In this document: positions 42,685-50,227 of the stretch, in pieces
Position numbering within the stretch: position 1 is the first letter of the stretch
Layout: every line of letters begins with the position of its first letter
NCBI GenBank assembly: GCA_027021445.1
Contig: JALUUH010000053.1
Span: 27,853 to 91,852, forward strand
Reading direction: 5' to 3'
Source: Gammaproteobacteria bacterium
Lineage (GTDB): Bacteria; Pseudomonadota; Gammaproteobacteria; S012-40
DNA: 64,000 nt
The notes under the pieces: model-generated
Told to the model about the DNA's origin: nothing
What the model saw: the letters and a program-made list of their open reading frames with translations, nothing else
The model's database searches: none
Position numbers and translations under genes: made by a program

Positions 42685-42800
42685 GACCCCATTTATTCTT
42701 TATTCGTTCGACCCCATTTATTCGTTCGACCCCATTTATTCGTTCGACCCCATTTATTCGTTCGACCCCATTTATTCGACCCCATTTATTTCCATTTATT
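42685..42800. repeat. 18-bp minisatellite (CGACCCCATTTATTCGTT) of about 5.5 tandem copies
   Basis: tcgttcgaccccatttattcgttcgaccccatttattcgttcgaccccatttattcgttcgaccccatttattcgaccccatttatttccatttatt. It lies in the intergenic region between the 111-aa gene and the 179-aa membrane-protein gene. Confidence 0.9.
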
Positions 42801-42854
42801 TTTTTCGTTTTGTGGCGAAGCGAAATGAAGAGGACGCGCAATAACACCTATATC

Positions 42855-43394
42855 TCAATCGCTACGGGTATATACGCAGGGGCCGAGCCTTGAGCGCTTA
42901 CCTGGCGAGTTCGCCAGGCTTTTTGCATCATGCCATTTTTTAATCGCATCTATTTCTGCACGTACAAGTGACCGCCCCTGAGCCGCAACCTGATCTAAAT
43001 AGGAAATAATTTCGTCGGCCTGTTTTTTATCGTTTATGATGGCATTAATTTCGTCAACTGACCCTGCGGTTAACTCAGCAATACTCTTGTCCAGCAATTT
43101 ACTTGGTTTCTCAATTTTTTTAATATGTATGTTATTACCAACGATAAATATGACGAAGGTTAAATAGGGCAAAAAATAAAACATCATGGCCCAGTCCGGT
43201 TCCGCTTTTCCTATCATTGGGATCACGGTGACAATCATTAATGTAACGTACGCCACAACAATAAAAACCATTGTAGTCATGAAGCGTATATTCTTTTTCT
43301 TGTATTCTGCCCTTTCACTGGCAACTTGCTCACGTTTTTCTGAAATATCAGCGAGTGTAGGCGGAGCCATAGTAAAATCGATATCAATTGACAT
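42855..43394 (-). CDS. Hypothetical membrane protein (two TM helices, C-terminal soluble coiled-coil-like domain)
   Basis: 179 aa. Hydrophobic stretches FMTTMVFIVVAYVTLMIVTVIPMI and MMFYFLPYLTFVIFIVG, then a roughly 90-aa charged helical domain. No recognised motif. Confidence 0.45.
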   Translation of the reverse strand: MSIDIDFTMAPPTLADISEKREQVASERAEYKKKNIRFMTTMVFIVVAYVTLMIVTVIPMIGKAEPDWAMMFYFLPYLTFVIFIVGNNIHIKKIEKPSKLLDKSIAELTAGSVDEINAIINDKKQADEIISYLDQVAAQGRSLVRAEIDAIKKWHDAKSLANSPGKRSRLGPCVYTRSD

Positions 43395-43431
43395 TATCTA
43401 CTCCGGTTATGATTAATTCTGTTTTCCGTTT

Positions 43432-43650
43432 TCTAAGAGCCTGTCCGAGAACAGCGATCGTCACGCACGCTCTCGCACATCCCTGTGCTTCGCTGCATAA
43501 GACCATCCATGGCCAAAAAAGTAAGCCTGATTAACGTAGGTTTTTCAATCAAACAAGGCGAATAGCCGCCGTCGCTATTCAACAAACTTGATCGAGAAAC
43601 ATACATAACCAGATTTACTCGCAGCAGGTCAGCCTGCTCTCTGAATCAGC
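43432..43650. repeat. Dispersed composite palindromic element, copy 5
   Basis: TAAGAGCCTGTCCGAGAACAGCGATCGTCACGCACGCTCTCGCACATCCCTGTGCTTCGCTGCATAAGACCATCCATGGCCAAAAAAGTAAGCCTGATTAACGTAGGTTTTTCAATCAAACAAGGCGAATAGCCGCCGTCGCTATTCAACAAACTTGATCG...GCAGCAGGTCAGCCTGCTCTC. It has the same modular order as copy 2 and starts 38 bp from the start of the 179-aa gene. Confidence 0.8.
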
Positions 43651-43974
43651 CGTCAATTGCAACAGCAGTAGATCGTTGTCCCCGTTTTACAATTACAAGT
43701 GATCACATTCGGCTATTGTATACATGACACCTGCGGAACGAAAGCTTGGAATTCAAAACGTAACTTAAATTCCTTTCAAAAAAATTGGCTACTACACCTC
43801 GCGGATTAGCCCCTGCCATTCGCTAGTAGTTCGCGTCAAATTCCAATTAGGAAACTCAACGGTGACCCTCCTATGCTGGACACAAATGACTTTCAATTCA
43901 CGCATGAAAATAATTTATGGTTGTCAGCACGATAAAAAAGAACATAAAATACCTAGCTAGAAGCTGTTGCAAAG

Positions 43975-44416
43975 TTGATTTTAAATCAGAAATTTTCTAA
44001 CGTGAAATACGATACGGAATATACCTATAGCAAACTTGAGTTAGCAAAAGCCCAGCTAGAAAAGGCAATTGAATTATTTCTTGAGGAGTCGAATTACGCA
44101 TGTTCAATTACATTGGCTGGTGCAAGGGAAGCTTCTGATAGAAGAAGGGAAAGAGCCTGAACTAAAAGAATATGCAACGCAGTGTGCTGAAGATTCGAAA
44201 AATATAGTGGATACTGAGTTACAAGAAAAGGATTTCGCCACTGAAGCTAATTATTTCAGAAATCATTGTAAGCACTACATGGATGGCAATCCAATTACTA
44301 TTTCAGGCTGGGCTGCGAGCGGCATATTGAACCGTGCTATTACCAACTACTTTAGCCTGACGGGCGAAGAAACAGAATTAATGAAGCAATTCAACTGGAA
44401 AGTAAATGGTGTGTAA
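43975..44416 (+). pseudogene. Hypothetical gene interrupted by a +1 frameshift (two overlapping ORFs 43975..44160 and 44069..44416)
   Basis: Frame A (MILNQKFSNVKYDTEYTYSKLELAKAQLEKAIELFLEESNYACSITLAGAREAS...) stops at 44160, while the +1 frame continues (LIEEGKEPELKEYATQCAEDS...FNWKVNGV) for 115 codons. This suggests a single-nucleotide indel near 44110-44140. No family assignment. Confidence 0.4.
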
Positions 44417-44720
44417 CCGTATAACCAGTCACTCCAAAAAAGGGGGAGCCAGAGCCCCTTTAGCGCTGCCTTCGTCTACATGCTCCCTTCTTACAAAGGC
44501 TATGGTTGGACTTGCACCAACTATCCGGGATACCATGCCGGTCACACGCGTATTCGCTACCGCTCATTATCACACAAAAAACCGCCACTTTCAGCAACCG
44601 CTGATGTAGGCGTATGTTTATAAACCCAATAAATACAAATCGTTCCAGCGGACGTTATGTGCCTAAAACACGTAAAATCAAATTTTTAAGCCATTGTGAA
44701 TTAAATAGATCCATCGGTTT

Positions 44721-45071
44721 TTAGGTTTCTATGCTGATTTTATTTTCTTCTACATGACATTTATAGGTTTTTAACTTTTTTTCGGATTTTATTACATTTA
44801 GCACTTGAACAATGATCGGCGGAAAGTTGGCCCATTTTTCGACTTCGCCTGTTTTTATATTAAATTCGGCCCGGTGGAATTTACATTGTAAAATGCAATT
44901 GCCTTTAATTCGTCCTTTTTCCAGGGGCATATTTAAATGGGGACATTTGGCCTGAGTCGCATAGACTCCATCCTCTAGGTGAAATACAAGAATACTTTTT
45001 CCATCAATATTAAATTTTTTCATACCGCCTTTTGCTATATCACTGCAAAGACCTATTTCAGTATGCGCCAC
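44721..45071 (-). CDS. Rieske [2Fe-2S] ferredoxin-like protein
   Basis: CPH-X16-CKFH (CxH...CxxH) cluster-binding motifs in a 116-aa protein. Confidence 0.7.
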   Translation of the reverse strand: MAHTEIGLCSDIAKGGMKKFNIDGKSILVFHLEDGVYATQAKCPHLNMPLEKGRIKGNCILQCKFHRAEFNIKTGEVEKWANFPPIIVQVLNVIKSEKKLKTYKCHVEENKISIET

Positions 45072-45246
45072 TTATCGTTCCTTTAGCTATTGTTTCGGAT
45101 GGCTATTTTGTTTGAAGCTTAGGTGAAAAGCAAGCGCTCAATGAGTAGACATGAAAAGTGAAAAATCGCCGTTTTATGTAATAAATGTAATACTATTGTA
45201 ACAATTTGACCGTTTAATAGGCCTCTTTCCATTATCCTTCATAAAA

Positions 45247-45498
45247 GTGCTATCTATGCTAACTAACACGATCTTAGTTGTTGAAGATGAAAAAGCAATT
45301 AGAGACATGATAAAAGTAGTACTTACCAAGGCAGGCTACACGGTGCTTACGGCAGGCAGTTCGGAAGAAGCCTTGGTTAGCATTGCAGACCTGAGGCCTG
45401 ATTTGATTCTTCTTGATTGGATGATGCCCGGATCTAGTGGCATTGAATTAGCCAGAAGGCTTAAAAATGGGGAGCTAAATAAGGATATTTCACCCTAG
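45247..45498 (+). pseudogene. phoB: phoB remnant: N-terminal receiver domain only (83 codons)
   Basis: [65 protein letters not shown] aligns with E. coli PhoB residues 4-72 (ILVVEDEAPIREMV...[23 protein letters not shown]). It then terminates, with no winged-helix output domain. Confidence 0.7.
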
Positions 45499-45560
45499 CG
45501 TTGCATAAAAATAGTGAAACCTGTTACGCCACCTTATCAATGGCATCCATTAAGTGTAAC

Positions 45561-45951
45561 AACTCTTTTCCCAAGCCCATCTACGAAAATATTGCCTATG
45601 GCTTGCGTCTGCAAGACATAAAATCAAAACGAGTTTTAGATGAGGCGATTGAAAAAGCATTACGTGGTGCTGCACTATGGGATGAAGTTAAGGATCGTTT
45701 GCAAGACAGCGCCTTAGGTTTATCGGGTGGTCAACAGCAGCGTCTTGTTATTGCGCGAGCGACGGCAATCGAACCTGAGGTTTTGTTGCTTGATGAGCCT
45801 GCCTCTGCGCTGGATCCTATATCCACATTGAAGATTGAAGAATTAATTTATGAGCTGAAGAATAGGTATACAATAATTATTGTCACACATAATATGCAGC
45901 AGGCGGCTCGGGTTTCTGATTATACAGCCTTTATGTACCTGGGTGGTTTGG
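45561..45951 (+). pseudogene. pstB: pstB remnant: C-terminal about 130 codons of the phosphate ABC transporter ATPase, lacking Walker A
   Basis: [19 protein letters not shown]...[91 protein letters not shown] aligns nearly identically with E. coli PstB residues about 105-235. No N-terminal half is present. Confidence 0.7.
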
Positions 45952-45957
45952 GCGGTT

Positions 45958-46089
45958 CGATCCTTGGAGCGTGTAGGCGACCGTGCTACCAATATCTGTG
46001 AGTATGTCATTTATCTCGTGAATGGGCGCGATGTTCGCCATATTACTCAAGAGCAAATGGATTTTTCGATTATCGGCAAGAAAAAATAG
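45958..46089 (+). pseudogene. phoU: phoU remnant: last about 43 codons, joined out of frame to the pstB fragment
   Basis: [35 protein letters not shown] matches the PhoU C-terminus (...LERIGDHATNIAEDVIYLV.GKDIRH...). It is read in a different frame from the preceding pstB fragment. Confidence 0.6.
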
Positions 46090-46180
46090 CAGTCACTTGG
46101 CTGAAGCTATTTGTTTTCGCGATTAGTCTTTCTTGATATACACTATTGAAATTTTAAACAATTAGAGAAGATTTCGGTCA

Positions 46181-47068
46181 ATGTATCCGCGCCAAGTTAT
46201 CCGTTTTTTTGCATTTTTTTTATTCATTTTTTTAGCCGCTTGCGCCACATTAACTCCGAAAGAAGTTATTACTTCTCCTGGCTTATTATGGCTGATTGAG
46301 AAGCCAGGTGTGCAGCCGAGTTATATTTTTGGAACCATTCATTCTGAAGACCCTAGAGTGACAACAATACCGGACAGGGTATATTCTGCTTTTAGTGCGG
46401 CTGATTCCGTGGCGTTTGAAATATTGTTGGATAACAAGTCTTCGCAAGAAGCAGCTCGAGCGATGTTTTTTACGGATGGGCGAGAGCTAAAATCAGTCGT
46501 TGATAGAAAAACATATTCTCAAGCAGTCGATGCAATGAAGCACAATAAGATCGATGAAGGCATTGTTAACATGATGAAGCCTTGGGCAATATTTGTCACC
46601 TTAAACTTGCCGGTCCAGAAAACAGGTTTATTCCTTGATGTCATCTTGTTTAATGAGGCGAAAAAAAAGAATAAGGAACTTATAGGTCTGGAAGAGATCA
46701 TGGAACAAGTAGATGCATTGGCCGGCATGTCAGACGCTGATCAAATTGTGTTATTGAAGTCAACTTTGCAAGAATATGAAAAAAATAGTGATTTCATGGA
46801 TAAGCTGCTTGATGTATATCTTTCGCGAGATTTAGAAAAAATTCTGACCTTGTATGAAAAATATCAACTCACGATTGAACCGAGAGTCGCAAAAATATTT
46901 AACCAACGAATACTGATTGCGAGGAATTATCGAATGCTAGAGCGTATGCAAATATTGCTGGAGAAAGGAAACTCATTTGTCGCTGTTGGCGCATTACATT
47001 TGCCGGGTGACGAAGGTATTTTAAATTTGTTGCGATTGCAACATTATCAAGTAACTTCTGTTTACTAA
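46181..47068 (+). CDS. TraB/GumN-family lipoprotein
   Basis: Signal peptide with lipobox (FLFIFLAACA), the YIFGTIH motif and a C-terminal VAVGALHLPG...GIL block typical of the TraB/GumN (PF01963) family; 295 aa. Confidence 0.65.
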   Translation: MYPRQVIRFFAFFLFIFLAACATLTPKEVITSPGLLWLIEKPGVQPSYIFGTIHSEDPRVTTIPDRVYSAFSAADSVAFEILLDNKSSQEAARAMFFTDGRELKSVVDRKTYSQAVDAMKHNKIDEGIVNMMKPWAIFVTLNLPVQKTGLFLDVILFNEAKKKNKELIGLEEIMEQVDALAGMSDADQIVLLKSTLQEYEKNSDFMDKLLDVYLSRDLEKILTLYEKYQLTIEPRVAKIFNQRILIARNYRMLERMQILLEKGNSFVAVGALHLPGDEGILNLLRLQHYQVTSVY

Positions 47069-47334
47069 TGGGTCGATATCGGCCGCCAACACCCGAGGCA
47101 TCGAAATATATAACACCTGAAGGTAAAAAAATGCTGGTTGAGGAACATGATTTTCTTTGGAAAAACAAGCGCCCTAAAATTGTTAAAAAAATTTCTGCAG
47201 CCGCAGCGGAAGGTGATCGTTCTGAGAATGCTGAGTATATCTATAGAAAAAAAATGCTGAGAGAAATTGATTCAAGAGTGCGATTTTTGCGTAAGCGTTT
47301 AGAGGGTATTATCGTAGTGGACGCTGTTCCCACT
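47068..47334 (+). pseudogene. greB: greA/greB remnant: N-terminal coiled-coil domain only (89 codons), in frame with the next gene
   Basis: ITPEGKKMLVEEHDFLWKNKRPKIVKKISAAAAEGDRSENAEYIYRKKMLREIDSRVRFLRKRLEGIIVVDA aligns with E. coli GreB residues 4-78 (VTREGYEKLKQELNYLW...[26 protein letters not shown]...IVD). The FKBP-like C-terminal domain is absent; the sequence runs straight into a signal peptide. Confidence 0.6.
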
Positions 47335-49137
47335 GTGACTTTTAGGATAATCCTACTATTTTCATTTTTTATTTCTGTTTCTTGGGCAGGGGAAACCGTA
47401 TATAACGTTCCTGGGGAAGAATATTCAACCATTGAGGAAGCGCTCGAAGCCATTGGTGAAAAAGAATTTGTAGCCGAGAACTCTTACGTCATTGAAGTAG
47501 AGCCGGGAATATATAGTTTAAATATTGCTATTCCGGCTGATAATATCACCTTACGCGGAAAAGTAACTTCACGTACATTTCTAAAAAGTGATAACGATTC
47601 TGCAGATGTAATCAATCCCATTATCGATATTGATTTCGTCAATAATGTCAAAATTGAAAATTTTACCTTTATTGGCTCTGATCTTGCCATACAAATAAAT
47701 AATATTCAGGAAAACCTAGATATTCAATTTAATGTTTTCAATATGGGTGCAGGAAATACCGCGATTTCGTTTATTAATAACTCCCCTGTCAGCATTAAGA
47801 ACAATACTTTTTATGATAACCAAAATGCGATTGATTCTTTAAATTTAATGGTTTTAATCAATCATAATTTGCTGAGCATCACGAATAATATTTTCGCTAA
47901 AAATGATTTAGCCATCACAACACAAGTTTCAGAGGCAAATATTTCTTATAGTTGCTTGTTTAATAATACGAATAATGGAGCACTCGGGTTTTCGTCAACA
48001 ACAGGAGCCCCATTATTCGTTAATGCCCCAGAAAATAGCGGTGATAATATTTATGATTTTCATTTAAGGGCTGATTCTGCATGTATTGATGTGGGCGATA
48101 TCAATGGAAGTGGAGATTCTATTACCGGAGATGATGCCGACGATGCGGGTGCATTTGGTGGTGCAACACTCGATAAACATCCGTATCCAGCGCTTAATGT
48201 CACTGCCGGTGATGTAACGACCACGAATGCGGATGTGGTAACGTATAGCATAACACTCTCCTGGGACGCGAATGAATCCTATGTCATGCAGAAAGATGCC
48301 GATACCGTTGGGAGTTATAAGATTTATTATGCGAATCAAAACTTTACTCGAGAAGAGGTGACGACGAATCAAGTGACATCTCAGGTTGAAGTGACGACAT
48401 CCACCACCTTAACCGATATTGCTTCGACGGTTGTTACTCCTTCGCCACCTGTAGGCATTAACACCTCGATATCGAATCAGTTAATTTCTGTTGCCTGGGA
48501 TTCTGTGGAAAATGCAATAGGATATTATGTTTATTACGGAATTAACTCAACAACTGAAAATAAATCAGCGCTGTTGACGGGAACTTCCTACGACATTGAA
48601 GGCGTGCTTAATAATCAAACGTATCATATTGCAGTTAGTGCCGTGACTCAAGAAACCCTTTATTATGCGGTGTCAGTCATTGATGCTTATGCGAATGAAA
48701 GTTACTTTGAAGATGACTTAATTCAACGCTCAAGATTAAGTGGCGAATTGGAGAGCGAGCTATCTGATATTGTCCTTGCTATACCTGAACAGCTTGTTGC
48801 TTATCCTGAGCTGCCCAACAAGTCTTGTTTTTTGGAAAACTTAGAGGTTTATTCTAGTACCGAGCTTGATAATATGCGCACCTATAGAGACAACGTGTTA
48901 AAAACGAACCTTGTTGGTCAATTGCTGGTTGATCTCTACTATCTGGTGAGTCCAATGATGGTCTCTTTAGTTGAACGAAGTACAATGCTTAAAGAATTTT
49001 TTGTGAGCACTGCTATCATGACGTTACCATTAGTTATTATTATGCAAGAAAGCTATTTAGTTGTTGTTTTTTTATGGATGATTTTTTTGGCGACTATTAT
49101 TACCTGTGTTCCGATTTACCGATTGGCATCACGATGA
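47335..49137 (+). CDS. Secreted/surface protein: right-handed parallel beta-helix (PbH1) repeats, two fibronectin-III-like domains, C-terminal hydrophobic anchor
   Basis: GTG start at 47335 gives the signal peptide MTFRIILLFSFFISVSWA/GE. Repeated N.TF.GN..AI.. beta-helix rungs (IENFTFIGSDLAIQINN, NVFNMGAGNTAISFINN, NNTFYDNQNAIDS, NNIFAKNDLAITT). Two Fn3-like blocks (YSITLSWD...YKIYYA and ISVAWDSVENAIGYYVYYG...YHIAVSAV). The last 60 aa contain two hydrophobic helices. Confidence 0.55.
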   Translation: MTFRIILLFSFFISVSWAGETVYNVPGEEYSTIEEALEAIGEKEFVAENSYVIEVEPGIYSLNIAIPADNITLRGKVTSRTFLKSDNDSADVINPIIDIDFVNNVKIENFTFIGSDLAIQINNIQENLDIQFNVFNMGAGNTAISFINNSPVSIKNNTFYDNQNAIDSLNLMVLINHNLLSITNNIFAKNDLAITTQVSEANISYSCLFNNTNNGALGFSSTTGAPLFVNAPENSGDNIYDFHLRADSACIDVGDINGSGDSITGDDADDAGAFGGATLDKHPYPALNVTAGDVTTTNADVVTYSITLSWDANESYVMQKDADTVGSYKIYYANQNFTREEVTTNQVTSQVEVTTSTTLTDIASTVVTPSPPVGINTSISNQLISVAWDSVENAIGYYVYYGINSTTENKSALLTGTSYDIEGVLNNQTYHIAVSAVTQETLYYAVSVIDAYANESYFEDDLIQRSRLSGELESELSDIVLAIPEQLVAYPELPNKSCFLENLEVYSSTELDNMRTYRDNVLKTNLVGQLLVDLYYLVSPMMVSLVERSTMLKEFFVSTAIMTLPLVIIMQESYLVVVFLWMIFLATIITCVPIYRLASR

Positions 49138-49775
49138 TTCAATGCATCATTTTTACTATCGTTGCTGGCTTTCTGTCAATAAGCCTGGTGCAGGCGGAAA
49201 TCAAAAAACCCGATATTCGTTGGTCTACAGAAACTAAGTTAGGTTTATTTCAGCCGGATTTGCCCGATTGGAGTGAGTATTATGGATCTCAATATTCAGT
49301 GATGGGCTCTCAAGTGATTGCTTATAAAGTCTTTCCTTTTTTGGAAATCGGTATTGATGGAAGTTATATTTATAGTAAGGGACAGGGTGATTTGCCGCTG
49401 AATAATACCCGAGGCGGAGAGGTAACATTAGAATATTTTCCATTGTCCGCCAATTTGACCTTACGCGGAAGAGTTTTCAAACATCAATGGTTGGTTCCGT
49501 ATTTTGGCATGAGTATTGGACAGCTCATTTATTTACAAGAAATTACTGGGCAAGCATCTGTCCAGGGCTATGTCAATCAGAACTACGTAAGAATAGGCTT
49601 GCAGTTTTTGCTAAATCACTTTGATCGCAAAGCAACAAGAAATTTGTACGATGGCTTTGGTGTGCAAAATACATTTTTTACCGCAGAGTATATGTTAATG
49701 GCGGCGACTGAACCTGGAAGCAATACGGACTTATCAGGTCAGGCCTTGCTCTTTGGGATAAGCTTGGAGTACTGA
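49134..49775 (+). CDS. Putative outer-membrane beta-barrel protein, translationally coupled (ATGA overlap) to the beta-helix protein gene
   Basis: Signal peptide MIQCIIFTIVAGFLSISLVQA, alternating amphipathic beta-strand pattern, and a C-terminus ending in ...LLFGISLEY (aromatic terminal residue typical of OMP beta-barrels); 213 aa. Confidence 0.5.
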   Translation: MIQCIIFTIVAGFLSISLVQAEIKKPDIRWSTETKLGLFQPDLPDWSEYYGSQYSVMGSQVIAYKVFPFLEIGIDGSYIYSKGQGDLPLNNTRGGEVTLEYFPLSANLTLRGRVFKHQWLVPYFGMSIGQLIYLQEITGQASVQGYVNQNYVRIGLQFLLNHFDRKATRNLYDGFGVQNTFFTAEYMLMAATEPGSNTDLSGQALLFGISLEY

Positions 49776-49919
49776 GTTCGCAGCAGTTGACCGCTACAAA
49801 ATAACGTTATGTTATGCAGTCGTTAGAATTTAGGAGAGTCTTTAGCGCAACGAAAACCGACATCTTCTTAAGCTTTTAGCGAATTTTATACTTTTAGTGC
49901 TTGGCATTTATAGAATATC

Positions 49920-50204
49920 GTGGCTGCAGCTTTATATTTATTGAGTGTCGTGGTATTAATAACAGAGTTCTTTTACTTAGTTAATTTAAGGAATGCAGTC
50001 ATTCAACCTGAAGTAGAAACGCTAAGCTCATTACCCGCTGGTTTACTTATTATTATTGTTGGGGGCATTATCCTCATGGCCGGGCTCATAAAACGAATCT
50101 GGGAAGTAGTCGATCATCGCCCCTTGAGTGCCGCGCATAAGCTCATTTTTATTGCTGTTGGTTTGGCTATGATTGCTGCGGGTAGCTATTTGATAAATCT
50201 TTAG
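49920..50204 (+). CDS. Small hypothetical membrane protein (3 TM)
   Basis: 94-codon ORF, almost entirely hydrophobic helices. Weak evidence only. Confidence 0.3.
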   Translation: MAAALYLLSVVVLITEFFYLVNLRNAVIQPEVETLSSLPAGLLIIIVGGIILMAGLIKRIWEVVDHRPLSAAHKLIFIAVGLAMIAAGSYLINL

Positions 50205-50227
50205 ATTTCCCGTTACGATTTTCTGGT

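Noticed and set aside
42685-42800. Possible CRISPR array
   Set aside because: The repeats are directly abutting with no spacers, and there is no cas1 or other cas gene nearby. This is a minisatellite.
42599-42847. ORFs 42599..42844 (+) and 42644..42847 (-) encoding SFDPIYSFDPIY... / INGVERINGVER...
   Set aside because: These are translations of the 18-bp minisatellite in two strands: periodic, low-complexity, and with no start context.
44406-44609. ORF 44406..44609 (+), 67 aa
   Set aside because: It lies in the intergenic region after the frameshifted gene, has no ribosome-binding site or motif, and is probably non-coding.
47068-49137. Single 689-aa protein as given in the ORF track
   Set aside because: The first 89 residues are a cytoplasmic GreB N-domain, and the next residues form a Sec signal peptide with its own GTG start. 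It is better explained as a gene remnant abutting a separate surface-protein gene.
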